From Psammoneis japonica (Eukaryota): 64,000 bases of DNA. A program made the translations under genes and the position numbers. Each line of letters starts with the position of its first letter. The stretch's first letter is position 1. The DNA lies in the NCBI GenBank assembly GCA_008632985.1, contig QPGO01000053.1, positions 372,001 to 436,000 of the forward strand, written 5' to 3'. Positions 1 to 12,837 of this stretch are shown piece by piece. The notes under the pieces are model-generated. The model saw nothing but the letters and a program-made list of their open reading frames with translations, did not search any database and was not told the origin of the DNA.

Positions 1-14
1 TGTTGCAGCATTGA

Positions 15-140
15 CAGATTGGGAATCTCATGCAGTGCTCATTAAATGACACTCCAAGAAACATGTCAATGCGGCCAAGCTCTTCCACAACCTTCTTCCA
101 ATGAACAAGATTGCTCATTGGCAGTGAAATCCAGTCTGCA
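15..140 (+). mobile_element. Fragment of a non-LTR (LINE) retrotransposon, same family as 58600-62050
   Basis: Translates DWESHAVLIK*HSKKHVNAAKLFHNLLPMNKIAHW, matching IDLNVHATLVQQHSKKHLSTVKLIDELLPANKITHQ in ORF 59097..60101. Confidence 0.55.
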
Positions 141-990
141 CCGCAAGATGAGAGCTCAGTTTTTCGATGAGCAATTTATGACTGCATTCATGTGCATTTA
201 AACAACATTGATTTTGCTGTTGAATGCGACACAAACAATGTTTTGTCAAATCATTTGAACACAAGTGCTGCTCTCAATGGTTTTTAAATGGAACATTCAT
301 CGATCAACAAGTTTCAGATGATGTGAGAAGAAGCGAAGCTCAGCGCACACAATGGCATCAACTTTGGACCCCTTTTCACTGATCTGTTGGCACAAATGAC
401 TGACACACTTGCGTGAGTCAACCCTGTGGAGGAATCACACATGGAAATGAAATGGTCCCCAGAGGCAAATCGGCGGCAAATTAAGGCTCAATTGTTGGCT
501 GCAACAAGCATTTTCATTGTTGTGATGGATGACACAGACCACATTAAATGCTGCGGTCCTTGTCATGACATTCAATTTTCCACAAGGTTGAAAAAAGCAT
601 GCCATCATGGCAACTGAAATCCATGGCCATTTTGGCTGTTTGTTGGCTCGAATGTGCTCTGTTTGTTTTGCTTAAAAGCCATCAACATGATCAACGCAAC
701 AAAACACATTTGATGTTGAACAAAGCATTGAGCACACATTTTTTGTGCAAAAACGGGCATGAGCATGCCACCTCAAGTCTGGAACAAGTCCCAAGCCACC
801 TGAGGAAGTTGCCAGGATGCAAGGAATCTCAACTCACACCAAAATCAGGTGCTGGTGCTAAATCAAGCCACCCACCAGAGAGCAATTTTGGCAAATGTGT
901 CTCTGTCCATGTTTGGGGCACTTGTCCATTTGCCAAGCCAATTGTTTTCTGGAGATGTCAAAGAAAACAAGCCAAGAGCCAAGACCCAGG

Positions 991-3289
991 CATGGACACG
1001 CAATTGAACAACAGGGCAGGCAGGGCCACGCAGGCTCTGCCGCAGGCTTCAACAATTCGTCCTCGTTCAATCAGCGCAGGACCAGTTGCTGGCCGGCCTC
1101 CCATTTCCAGTGTGATTGTACATCGACTGCGGGGACTTCGAGTTTTTGTGTGCTAAATTTCACGGGGCGGAGCTTTTTCAACGCATCGATCCAAATCTGC
1201 ACCACGCACCGTGTTGCATCTTTTCAAAAATCAACATCCATTGGTGCACGTTCTAAGGTGTGTCACAATGGCACATGTCCACTTTGTCTTGCTCCTCTTG
1301 TTCTTGCCAATGTTGTCTTGATCTGCTGTTCTCTTCTTTGATGCATGCTCTTTTGTCACTTGTTCAGATTTGACCATGAGCTCCGTTCTGAACGCTGCTT
1401 TTGCACTCCCCTTCGCTCTGTGATCTGTGGTTTGCTTTCTGTGTTTTTGGCACTCGACTTTGGCTCAGGCATGGACAACCTTTTTCACAAGATTCTTCCA
1501 CGTGCACTTCAGCGATGCAATGGTCAATCGTTTGCTGCTGTTCTCTTGGGCTGTTTTCAAGAAGGAGCGTCGCAAAGCCTCGTCTCCCATTGCCTTCTCC
1601 ATGCAGAAGTCAAGAAAATCATTGCCACGACGTTCAAAAGCTTTTGCGACACAGCACCCCCGCATCTGATGCAACAGTGTCTTTGCAACTGTAAAATGAG
1701 GCTTGGAAACCAAGGCAAGCCAACCCATGTTTCGACTTTGTTCTCCTCGTGAATGACAGTTGCTCATGTGATCGTCGTCCAATGTCGCTTTGTTGTGAAA
1801 GATTCTCATGCTGTCTAAGAATTCTGTCATGTCTTCAAGGGCTTCAATGGATCTCCATTTTCTGCCACCGTGAAAGCTTCTTCCGAAGAGAAAATGTCGC
1901 CCAACCAAAGAATCGAATGACCTTGCCGTTTGCGTCATCCTTCTTTGGCCATGCATTGGCAAAGTCTTTCTTCTGCATGCTTCGTTTGGGTGCCGAGAAA
2001 TCAGCCATTGACCCCCTCACCCACACCAACAGATGCTGAGAAAGAGCCAAGACCAACTGGGCAATGCTTGCCCTGGCTTCCCTCATTGAGTTTGGCAGTG
2101 GAAGAATCCGAGATCTGAGGCGCTTGTCGGGGTCTTGCTTCCATGGCCCGTGCCAATTTTCCATTTGTTTTCCTTCTGTCCACCTGCAGCTCTTGCATTT
2201 TCTGGTCTTTGCCTTCTGGGGACAGGAGCGAGTTTCTCACATGGCCATTTGGCGCCATCCTGTCTGGGTTTGCCTCTTTGGCCATCAAGTGATGTTGGTG
2301 AGATGTCAGCTTTTTAGAACACATGTCGCAGTGCACGAAACCGTCGCTGCTTTCGCGAGAACGCATTTTGTAATGCAAGCAGTCTGTTGAGTCGGCGCCG
2401 AAGCCACGGCATGGATGCAGCAACACTCTCTTGTTTTCAGGTGCAGAGTGGCATCTAATTGGACCAAACTCATTCCACACATGCTGCAAAATCTTGAAAG
2501 CATGGACAGCATCGGGGCTGTTGATGCCATTCCCAGCAAACTGCAAGCGCACACATTCTCGTAGCTCCTCGGCCGACATGCATGGGGGATCAAGAGAGTC
2601 TCCATCTGTGGGGCAATTGAGACTTTCTGCCTCAGGATTCATCAAAGCATGCAGCTCACTGTTGGTCACTTGCTCAGCAGGCTCTGCCTGTGGTGCAGTT
2701 AAGTGCAAGGCAACGACATTCCGACTGGCAGCAGCATTTTGTAAATCTGTCGACGACAAAGCTGCATTTGCTTCAGCAGTTTCTAATGTCACCTTGTGCT
2801 GCTCCAAAGCTGTTTCTGCCTCGTCTTTGTCAAATTCTTCCATTGAAGATTTCTTTGGATCCTCCACTGTTGTTGCATCATTTTTGTCATTCTGACATTG
2901 AACTGATTGTCGATGACGCGATGACGGCATTGCGTCGTACTTGGCTTTGTCATGCTGGTGGGTTGGAGCTTGCACAAACATGTTTGAATTCTTTTCAGAA
3001 TGGCTGCAATCTTCAGCCATTGAGCAGTCACATGATTCAGCTTCCGCTTTGTCAATCTCCACCCAGAACTTGCGCGTTACTTTGCCATCTTCGTCGCAGT
3101 TGCGTCGCATGAGCGCGGGGGGCCAGCGACGAGCCAACACTTTGTGCTCTTCCCTGCAATCTGCGCACAACAATTCGAAGTCTCCGCAGAGGCTGTGGGA
3201 ACACACTGGAAGTGGGAGGCCGGCCGGCAACCAATCCAATGCTGATTGAACACGGCCTGTCTATCCTGTTGTTTAATTGTGTGTTCATG
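991..3289 (-). mobile_element. Degenerate TIR DNA transposon (2.3 kb) with an 8-bp target-site duplication
   Basis: Left end catggacacgcaattgaacaacagg (991) matches the reverse complement of the right end, catgaacacacaattaaacaacagg (3289). Inverted similarity continues for about 130-160 bp. gacccagg sits at both 983-990 and 3290-3297. Internal minus-strand ORF remnants (2001..3239, 1465..1962) have no recognisable catalytic motif. Confidence 0.65.
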
Positions 3290-3359
3290 GACCCAGGCAT
3301 GTGTGTCATGAGGGTCATGTGAGCAACTTCACAAGGACTTGGGGACAAACAAGCTGAAG

Positions 3360-4270
3360 CTCAACCAATGCAAAATTGAACAGTCAATGGCAAACAGCAC
3401 ACTGTCATTTTCATGTGGATGACCTGTTGTTGAGCCACAAGAATCCAAAGGTTGCTGACAAATTCCTGAGCTCACAGAAGCCATGACAAAGTTGTCACAA
3501 CTCAAGGAAAGAGGCACAACCACAGCATGGGGGGGGGGGGGGGTTGACCCCAGACTCCAATGAGGAGAAAGGCAAGGTGCTGAAAGTCAACATGACCAAC
3601 TGTGTTCACAAGATGATTGGCCAGCTCCCAGACCAGATCAAGATTGCCAGTGCTGCCAAGAAACCAGCCAGAGAGAACCCACTTGACACCAGTGGCATGA
3701 GATTGCCAACCAATGAAGCACAGACATTGCACATCATGTTGCCAAGGGACCAGTCATGTCCAAAAGAGGCTGCACAGATGTGCACCCTTCTGTTGCAGCA
3801 TTGTGCACAAAAGCTGGGGAGCCAACCAACAAGGGCCAGGGAAAGCCAGTCAGGTGCATCAAGCATCCTGTGCTGGATGCAAAATGAAGTCATTGTGCTG
3901 AGTGCAAAGGACCTCCAAGTTGTCAAGTGGCATGTGAACACATGCCATTTGTGGTGCACCCAGACTTCAAGAGCCATGCAGGAGGTGTCATGACCACAAG
4001 AAATGGAGCAGTGCACCAGCAATGTCAAAGTGCCAGAAGAAGCCAAAACAGCCAAAGCAGCAGCACATGGGTTGAGTTCACAGGAGTTGAGACAGTGTGA
4101 TGGCCATGTTCCTGCAAATGAAGTTGTTCATGGAAGACCAAGGGCGTCCAATTGACAAGAGTGTCCTTCATCAAGACAACAAGAGTGCCATTCCATTGGA
4201 AATGAGTGGGTGCAAGAGTGCTGGAAAATGGTTCAGAGCACTCAACATTTGGCATTTCTTTGTCACCAAA
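3360..4270 (+). mobile_element. Ty1/Copia RT-RNase H remnant
   Basis: VNGKQHTVIFHVDDLLLSHKNPKV (RT), HPDFKSHAGG and KLFMEDQGRPIDKSVLHQDNKSAIPLEMSG..ALNIWHFFVT (Copia RNase H; family consensus LYQDNKSAI..NIRYFF). Broken by frameshifts. Confidence 0.8.
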
Positions 4271-5074
4271 TGCAGATTCTTGCAAAAACGCAGTTGTGCT
4301 TTTGATGCTTGCACGGTCAAAAAAATGTTCAACATTTTGTGTGATGCAGAAGGGCACTCCATTGCTGCACATCACAGCCCGCGCTGCAGCCCAGAGCTGC
4401 AAGGTTGCACTCAGAGATGGGAGTTTGTGAGTGGCTGCAGATGACCTGCTGCTGCAACACAGTGGGAAGATCATTTCAGCAAGACAGGCATTCAAGGCAA
4501 ACAGTGCAGGTGTTGCCAGGGAGCTGATGTGCTGTGAAGATTGTGCTTTCTCATGTGCAGCTCTGTGATGTTTTGGGTCATTTAGATTGAGCACACTCTG
4601 CAGACAAAACAAGGCATGACCAAGCTCCTAATGCCCTGAGCAGGCTCACCTGACAACATGCCAACAAAACCAGGCACATTGAAACAAGGCCCAAAATCCT
4701 TAGCTGAGTTGGTCTCATGCTCTAGCTAGAGTGCAGTTTTCACTGTGGGTGACAACTCTCCCTGAAGCGGTTCGAGTGCGTTGAAAAGAGTCTCACTTGG
4801 CAGGTAGAACTTGTTCTTTCTTGTGCACAAATGGACTGAGTAACAACAGTCCTAGAAACATCAACACAAGAAATCACATCCTAAATATTCAACTCGGTTT
4901 TTACTGCACGACACGATTAAAATTAGGAGTAGCTGCTTTCCAATCAACCAATCACCTGCTTCAACTCGTCGCAGTCTCCTCAGAAGGCAGGACCCAAATC
5001 ACACGGACCCACACGCTATTGCTAAAATATGTATCATACAAACAAATCATCGCCGTCTTCGCGGAGGTCCTTAG

Positions 5075-6859
5075 TTAGTAGGGTGGACGAGGGCAGTAAC
5101 GGTGTCGACATTTCTTGTGTGCATCAAAGATGCCGCCATACAAAGCACATTGTGCAATGTTAACATTAAAGCAGGAAGAACCCACGCAACAGCTTCCTAT
5201 CTGTGAACACATGTCTGTGAAACAAGAGAGACCATCACCTATGTACACACCATCGTTCTTCTCACAGAATGGACGGTCGATCACGGCACATCCGCCAGAG
5301 GGAAGGCAGCAACGGCCCACACCACCAGGTGAGGGCGTGGGAGAGGGTGTTGGGCTCGGGGTAGGGCTCGGGGTAGGCTCAGGCTGCAGAGGACACCCTG
5401 GCTTGCCATTGGGCATTATGCAATGGCTTCCGTCGCCAAAGAAGATACCACCTTTGCCATCCACTTTGTCGCATACAGACTTGAACGTCTCAACGCACTG
5501 GTAGAACTTGTCACAGCAAGCTCCAAAAGGTTCCTTGGTTGGACTTGGCGTAGGACTCGAAGGGCAAGTATCTTTTTCACACGGTGTTCCAAAGCCCTGG
5601 AATTGGCCGTAGAGCCTTTTGCGGCACCGGTTTCTTGTCTGATTAGGGACACATCTCCCAGAGGGCAGGCAGCATGCGCCCAACACAGTACAGCGGCCGC
5701 GGTAGCAGGTCTGAAAAAGCAAAAACACGCACGAGGGATGATTAGAATCAGAATCATTCTTGCAACATCTAAATTCCAACAATTCTTACCGTGTCATCAC
5801 CCTGGTATATTCCATTCAAGGTTGCACACTGGCCCTCCGTGACACGCCTGATGCAACGTTTCCTGTTAAAGAAAAGCGAAGTGTACAAACGGTTGTGGTA
5901 AAAAGGACTTGTTTTCTTAGAACGAACGATTCATGCACTAAAATCGAGCCCTACCTGAACTTCAAGCAGCATGCTCCAGTTCCAACCGGTGTGGGACTCG
6001 GTGTGGGACTTGGGGTCGGCGGACGGTGGCAAACATCACACGTGGTACTGATGCCCGCATAATAGCCTGCATGGTTGAATGGGACAGAATAAAAACGCAG
6101 GAGATGAGTAAAGTGATTAAATGTGGATGAATTACACGCCTTGGTTAAAGGTGGGAGGTGAGCAAAGTTAGTAAATGTGCAGGAATTGATCGTGGACGCA
6201 CCCTTCTTCAAAGCGCAAAAAGCAGGCCTCGAGAGGAAACATTTTCCATCTGGTTCGGGGTCACAGCAGGCCCCAAACGCTTTCGGGCAGTTGTTGGCAC
6301 GGCATTTGGTTCCGTCTCCAACGTAGTGGCCTCCTCGGCCTTCGCAATTCCCTTGACGGATCACCGTACATTTGGGTGGGTGCGCATTTGCTTCGCAACA
6401 CGCCCCCCTGGGAGGGTATGGAATCTGAAGCACATTCGAGCGACGTGGAAGGTGTTAGAAAGCATAACTGGTAATAAAACGCCTCAGGAATTCATGAATT
6501 CGCTTACCGCTAGGATCCTCTCGGACTCGTCCTTAGCGTCATCGACTTCTTCGTTCAAGACATTCTTTGTTAGTAGAAAGTCGAAAGACAGAGTAGATAT
6601 TGTGAGAAAGGAACCAAAAGACAATGCTACCTCGATAGTTCACACTTGCCCTGTTACTTACCTTTGAAGAGGTATCTTCCTTCGGTCCGAACTCCGTTGA
6701 CACGTCTAGGAAGAACGCCGGATTGCAACGCAATTTGTGAGCCGTTCTGATCCACTACTAGTCGACGCTTCCGCCAGTCAACACCGAACGCTACGTACCT
6801 GCCGCCTCACAGAGAGCAAAAGCAAGCAAGAGAGACAGTCCCTTGCAAACGAATTTCAT
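5075..6859 (-). CDS. Secreted cysteine-rich repeat protein, about 401 aa, 7 exons, seven GxCC modules with (PT/PS)n linkers
   Basis: Phase-consistent GT-AG model: 6859-6799, 6705-6662, 6564-6508, 6424-6202, 6066-5955, 5862-5790, 5710-5075. Signal peptide MKFVCKGLSLLLAFALCEA. Repeated GACC..C..C..GG.(Y/F).GDG..C motif. Confidence 0.85.
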
Positions 6860-7567
6860 TATGGCATCAACTAACCTATCAAGTTAGACTTCCTTTTGTT
6901 TTGTGAGATTCGAGTGAGCCATCAGGACATCACCTCACAATGCAAAATGCGTAGCGGGTCGTAGACTTTGTACGAGAAAGAATCTTATCTGTGTTCACAG
7001 CATGGCCCTTGCCCCGCACGAGTACGTACTACTGTACTTGTACATAAAATATAAAATACATACACTGTACGGTATGTCATTCAAAGCAGGACCTATGCAC
7101 TTGATTGCCCTAAATGTTGTTGACACCAGATGTCCGGTCACTATGCTAAATGATGCATTTGTTTAACAACGCAGAATCTAAAGATTTAAGCATTCTTAAA
7201 ATAGCATAAGTCATTGTCTCCTTTGTCTGGTCTTAAGTATCTAGTATCTTTCCATATAAGTGTTGTGCACAATTAAGGATCACATGATATAGCTTGTTAA
7301 GCGAAGTGGTCGTCGGACTTTTCGGTGTGTGTCAGATCAATAATTATAATATTTTGTGAAACGAGAAGCCTTCGTTTTGCAAGAGGATGATCATAACGAT
7401 GTGATTCCAATCACAACTTTTAACTTATATTCAAAGAGGCACATTGCCACTCTGCTCTGTTTCTATTTCACAACTTTCATCGACATCTTTTGCAACAACC
7501 TCGTTGGAATCAAATTCTCAAACAACGCTAAAGACCGGTAGAAGGCTGCTGATTTAAAAAAATAGCT

Positions 7568-8593
7568 ATGCGTACCGGTATCACATTTCTGGTGGCTTTG
7601 CTGCTCCTGGCAGAAACGTGCAGAGGAAAGCGGTTTTCTGTTGTGCTCTTCCCTGAAGGTCAACCCCGAAAAGCACAGCTTTTAAAGAGGATTTCACAAG
7701 AAGCTTTTGAACTCCTCTCCCAACAATGTTCTCTCACTCTATTACAAATCGTGGACTACAAAAATATTTGCATGAGTGTAAATGGCGTATCAGTGATTGC
7801 AAGGGGGAGTGCGACTTGCAAAAGCATCAAAACCATCTCCAAGGACTGCGACAATGTCGCTCTTGCTTCTGGTGTGAAATCAGAAGCCACAGCTGGAGGT
7901 GGCGACTTCGACGAGTGTCTTAACGCAACGGCAATTGGTGATTACAACACAGCAACAGCTCTCGACATTGAAGCAACTGCCTTGGCAATTGAAGGTACCA
8001 ACAATACTGCTTTGGCTAGTGGAATTGATGCCTATGCCCTAGCCAGCAAGGGAAATGGAAACGTTGCCCTTGCCACGGACCACCAAGCAGATGCTAGGGC
8101 GTATTCTGGAGACTACAATAATGCATACGTTGGTGCTGAAACTGCCAGGGCATATGCCTATGGAGGCAGCCACAACAGCGCCAAGGCGTCTGGCACTTGC
8201 TGCATGAGTGCCTATGCATACAATGGTGACCACAACAAAGCTCAAGCTACCGGTACTGATGCTACGGCCCGTGCCTACGATGGCAACTACAACTCTGCGT
8301 CTGCAAGCACCGAGGCAAAAGCGGAAGCATTTGGAGGTGATTTTAATACTGCCATTTCTTTTCGAAGTTATGCAGAGTCCAAGGCATCCTTTGGAAAACG
8401 CAACAATGCCACAGCAAGCGGGATGGATGCAAAAGCAATCGCAGGAGGCAAGGACAAGGAGAACCTTGTCAACCGTGCTAAAGCCATTGCATTGGGTGGC
8501 AACTGTATTTCCGAAGCTAGAAAAACACGCCAATGCGTTTGTTTTGAGGAAGTAAAGGACAAATGCATCAGCTGCCGTGATCAAGAATGCTGA
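7568..8593 (+). CDS. Putative secreted Ala/Gly/Asn-rich repeat protein (about 19-aa repeats, beta-solenoid-like)
   Basis: 341-aa ORF with a hydrophobic N-terminus. About 9 copies of GxxNxAxAxxxxAxAxA. Cys clusters flank the repeat region. Confidence 0.8.
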   Translation: MRTGITFLVALLLLAETCRGKRFSVVLFPEGQPRKAQLLKRISQEAFELLSQQCSLTLLQIVDYKNICMSVNGVSVIARGSATCKSIKTISKDCDNVALASGVKSEATAGGGDFDECLNATAIGDYNTATALDIEATALAIEGTNNTALASGIDAYALASKGNGNVALATDHQADARAYSGDYNNAYVGAETARAYAYGGSHNSAKASGTCCMSAYAYNGDHNKAQATGTDATARAYDGNYNSASASTEAKAEAFGGDFNTAISFRSYAESKASFGKRNNATASGMDAKAIAGGKDKENLVNRAKAIALGGNCISEARKTRQCVCFEEVKDKCISCRDQEC

Positions 8594-11090
8594 GAGCCTT
8601 GTCGATCTCAGTAGAATACACAGCAATCTAGTTCTCATGTACACATCCGCAATGAATAGAGTATCTTCAATCTCGCACAGATGCTGGTACCTTGGATTCG
8701 TTAGGGGGTATTTAGAAATCATAGCACTACACCGCGTCTCAGTAACTCTGTTGTCGTGCCTCTTTTGCACACAGGTGTTCAATGCAGAGAGAAAAAATAA
8801 AACAAGATAACAGTCATGTTGTGTCGGTTGTAGATACCGTATGTGCCGAAGGGCTGAAGCGTGTGATGAAGTTTTTCCCTCCAGCAGGGGCGGTGTTGTT
8901 TACATTGACAAGGTGCAGAGTAAGTGTGTACCTGGTGTAGCTAGTACGTCATATCACCAACGAAGACCACATGCAGGAGGAAGAAGAGGAAGAGAACCAT
9001 CAAAATGCCTTCGATGAAGGATTTATCAGAGATGCCATTGTGAAATCGGATCGGTTCGATGGAGAGGAAAACAAAATAGACGAGGAGCCATTGCAAAAAA
9101 TAGAAGACGTCAGAGGACGACACACAGGAGAGCCCAGACAAGATGCAAGAGGAAGAGGAACAGGATGAAGACCCAACACGAGAACGAGTGATCTTCTCTC
9201 TGTCTCTTTCTCTACGTTCGGTAGGGCCCAACTCGGTAGGGAATCTCGCTAGACCTATCACCTGGCTCTCTCTAGTAGAGTAGCTAGCTACGGTAGCTAT
9301 TAGGCTCTAGCTCTAGAGACCAGTAGCTACTATGCTACCGGTAGCTAGTCCTCTTTCTGTCGGTGAACAGTTTAGTAGCCGTCCAACAAGTCTAATTTTC
9401 ATTGCTAAACTTTACTTTTTATCCTAGATGTGTTTAAAAAAACATTGACATGGTAGGCTAGTAGGACCATCAGTTTCAGCAAAGCTCGTCCTTTTCGTGT
9501 CGCCGAGTAGTGGCAGTATCTTTGATCACTTTGCCCGTCAACAGAACGGCGCAACCCTCACGGCTATGACGGAAAATAAAAGCAACTATTATTCCATCAA
9601 CAACTAGAGACTGTAGATCATGAAATCTTGACTTATCGATCATTATTGTTAGCACGTCTCAACCAACCCATGAAATTGTAGACATTGTTTTGTTACCCCT
9701 CGTCTCGACGACACGAACACACACCACTGCACCGCCGCGTCTTGTGCGCTCTCCAGTTGTTGTTTTTAGTATTGATATGGATCATCATCTTCCATTAGAG
9801 CCAACAATGGCAATCGTCCTTGCTCTTCTCGCTTCAAAGCATGACTACTATCGCTGATTTTGTAGTAATCATTGGATGGATGCACAACATTGCACAACAA
9901 AAGCCGTGGATTCTTATTCTTCTTTTTCTTCATCTTGGCATTGGCAAGGGTAGGAAAGGCTCCCTTTTTATCCTTTTGCCTCTTGGATTGCAAAGACATG
10001 GAAAAGGATCCCTCTTGCAGCTTGAACTGTTATTGTTGTTCTTGGACATGTTTTATAAACTATGAGTGAAAATAGTGGAACTGTAGTTTGTAACAAAAGA
10101 GACAAAGCGAGAGACACGTAAGTGAGATTATCGCTGTTTCTGAAATGACCAAAGTGAGAGATTTATCTCTTTAGAACACGACACACCGCCCGTCTGTTGC
10201 AAAGGACCAATACAAAACGAAACTATCAATCGACATGATGGGACTTGCAAAAAGAAACAAATCTACAGGTAGACACAAGTCACGTCGTTTGGGAACGAGA
10301 CAATGATTGATCCTTTTCACTACGCCGTCCACGCATCACGAAAAAAGCAATAGACAATAACGCAACACTTGCAAACAAGTAGTAGACTCACATTGTGGTT
10401 TCGTCTCTTTGAGAAAACACACAAGATGGACGTGCTATTCGTCAATAATGTTGTTGTTGTTGCTATAGATGATGTGTGCCTCCGCAATGGATAACAGTCG
10501 TAATACACATCAACACGCTGGTGGGATCGAAAACAAGCACGTTTTCTTTTTTGTTTCGCTTGTTGAAATCGTGACCATCGCCATTTCGCGTTCTATCTTC
10601 CATACAGCGGCCAAATATATGTTTAACGAATGAATGTCTGCGATAAAAACTTACATATGGAATTATTCGTGTTATTAAAACTTCATGAGAATAATTGGCA
10701 TATGAAACCTAATATTCCAATAATACTTGTTTGGCGATAGTCGGAAATGTCCAGGTTCTGACGGTGTGTCGGCCAGGCGGTCTGGCGAGAATCAATTTGA
10801 ATAAAAACCTTCATTTTTATATACAACATAAAAAGTATCTTTCCATCTATCCAATCATATATCTCCATTTGGAATTTCCGTTATTCGAACAATTCTACTT
10901 CATTAAAATACATATATATTAATTACGTAAATATCCAACACAACATACCAATTTCTACGAACATAACAAGCGAAGCCTGACGTGGAGTATCACAAGAGTG
11001 TACAAGCTCCCAATGCCACAAAAAGACCGTTGGTTGCTTCTCGTGCAATCTAGGCCACGACACTTCTACTACTTCAGCAGCGACAGCACC

Positions 11091-12611
11091 ATGACGGAAG
11101 TTCACGACGAGCGTTTCATTCCGGTCCGTCACAAGTTGGATCAATTGTCGGTCGTCAAGGACTATTCGACTCATCCACGTTTAGAGTATCGCACGATTGC
11201 CGGTGTGAATGGGCCACTCGTCATTCTCGAAAATGTCAAACTCCCCAAGTTTGCCGAGATTGTCAATCTCAAGCTCGGCGATGGTACGGCCCGTAGCGGA
11301 CAAGTGTTGGAAGTGGCCGGATCTCGTGCCGTTGTGCAAGTGTTTGAGGGTACGTCGGGTATTGACAATCGCAAGACGCGTTGTGAATTTACCGGCGATG
11401 TGTTGAAAATGGGTGTTTCCGAAGAGATGCTCGGACGGTCCTTTAACGGATCTGGTAAAGTCATTGACGCGGCTCCCAAGGTCTTGGCGGAAGCCTATTT
11501 GGATATCAACGGCCAACCCATTAATCCGTCGTCTCGTGATTACCCCAAGGCCATGATTCAAACGGGCATTTCTGCCATTGACGTGATGAACTCGGTGGCA
11601 CGCGGACAAAAGATTCCCATTTTCAGTGCCGCCGGTCTCCCGCACAACGAAGTGGCGGCGCAGATTGCCCGTCAAGCGTCGCTGGTGAAACAGAAGGATA
11701 CGCTCGATGGACACGAAGAGAACTTTTGTATCGTGTTTGGTGCCATGGGTGTCAATATGGAAACGGCGCGCTTCTTTCGCTCGGATTTTGAAGAATCCGG
11801 TGCCATGCAAAGGACGGCGCTCTTTTTGAATCTTGCGAACGATCCGACGATTGAGCGTATCATTACGCCTCGTCTGGCTCTCACGACGGCGGAGTATTTG
11901 GCGTACGAACGGGATTTGCACGTGTTGGTTATTTTGACCGATATGAGTTCCTATGCGGACGCCTTGCGTGAAGTGTCGGCGGCACGTGAAGAAGTGCCGG
12001 GACGTCGTGGTTATCCCGGGTACATGTACACGGATTTGAGTACCATTTACGAACGTGCCGGACGTGTGGTGGGACGTAACGGGTCCATTACGCAACTTCC
12101 CATTCTCACCATGCCCAATGATGATATTACTCATCCCATTCCAGATTTGACTGGGTACATTACCGAGGGGCAAATCTACTTGGACCGTCAGTTGCACACC
12201 AAGGGCATTTTCCCTCCCATTAACGTGCTTCCGTCCTTGTCGCGTCTCATGAAGTCTGCCATTGGAGAAGGCATGACCCGCTCCGATCACGGATCCGTCT
12301 CGAACCAGCTTTATGCATCCTACGCCATGGGCAAGGATGTCATGGCCATGAAGGCTGTCGTTGGAGAAGAAGCGCTCAGTATGGAAGATCACTTGTACTT
12401 GAGTTTCTTGGAACGCTTTGAAGGAAAGTTTGTTTCGCAAGGCCCGTACCAAGCCAGGACTATTTTCGAGTCGTTGGATTTGGCATGGGGTATTCTTCGT
12501 GCCTTTCCCAAGGAGTTGCTCAAAAAGATCCCCAAGAAGACGCTCGATCAGTTTTATGCTCGTCGTCGTGAGGCCAAGGAAGATGTCAACAAGGCGGATG
12601 GATCGGCTTAG
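11091..12611 (+). CDS. ATP6V1B: V-type H+-ATPase subunit B
   Basis: [53 protein letters not shown] and [16 protein letters not shown] motifs. Intronless. ATG at 11091 chosen as the start. Confidence 0.97.
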   Translation: MTEVHDERFIPVRHKLDQLSVVKDYSTHPRLEYRTIAGVNGPLVILENVKLPKFAEIVNLKLGDGTARSGQVLEVAGSRAVVQVFEGTSGIDNRKTRCEFTGDVLKMGVSEEMLGRSFNGSGKVIDAAPKVLAEAYLDINGQPINPSSRDYPKAMIQTGISAIDVMNSVARGQKIPIFSAAGLPHNEVAAQIARQASLVKQKDTLDGHEENFCIVFGAMGVNMETARFFRSDFEESGAMQRTALFLNLANDPTIERIITPRLALTTAEYLAYERDLHVLVILTDMSSYADALREVSAAREEVPGRRGYPGYMYTDLSTIYERAGRVVGRNGSITQLPILTMPNDDITHPIPDLTGYITEGQIYLDRQLHTKGIFPPINVLPSLSRLMKSAIGEGMTRSDHGSVSNQLYASYAMGKDVMAMKAVVGEEALSMEDHLYLSFLERFEGKFVSQGPYQARTIFESLDLAWGILRAFPKELLKKIPKKTLDQFYARRREAKEDVNKADGSA

Positions 12612-12837
12612 GGCGTTGTTGATGGTGGTGGTTTGTTTGGTTGAGAGATGGTGTTTGGTTATTTGGTGTGTTGGTTTGTGCGACTATAAATGGTGTGTCT
12701 TGCACAATCAATACAAAATACAGGTGTTAGCGGAAAGAGTGCAGTAATCTCTATTATAGTTCTCGAATCGAAAATCACTGCACTTGTAGCTACCTTAGCT
12801 ATTGCACAGTATTGAACTACAACAGTTGTTGGCTTAT

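Larger units (their letters stand above)
1..4700. other. TpA-depleted (hypermutated) transposon block 1
   Basis: By eye I found no TA dinucleotide in 3301-4580 and only a handful of CG. TG/CA are very abundant. TA returns to normal frequency from about 4720-4900. Confidence 0.9.

Noticed and set aside
3405..3430. HVDD in this Copia remnant as evidence of Tyr>His mutation
   Set aside because: Some diatom Copia lineages natively have (W/F)HVDD, so this site is uninformative.
3529..3543. 15-nt poly-G run
   Set aside because: It lies inside a decayed RT. Probably slippage or an assembly artefact, with no evidence of function.
8940..10510. Short acidic or basic ORFs (8971..9168, 9766..9999, 10320..10508)
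   Set aside because: Low complexity, no recognisable domain and no convincing splice model.
11181..12452. 423-aa antisense ORF over V-ATPase B (and similar ones over NRT2 and RAP)
   Set aside because: Shadow ORFs arising from the codon bias of the real gene.
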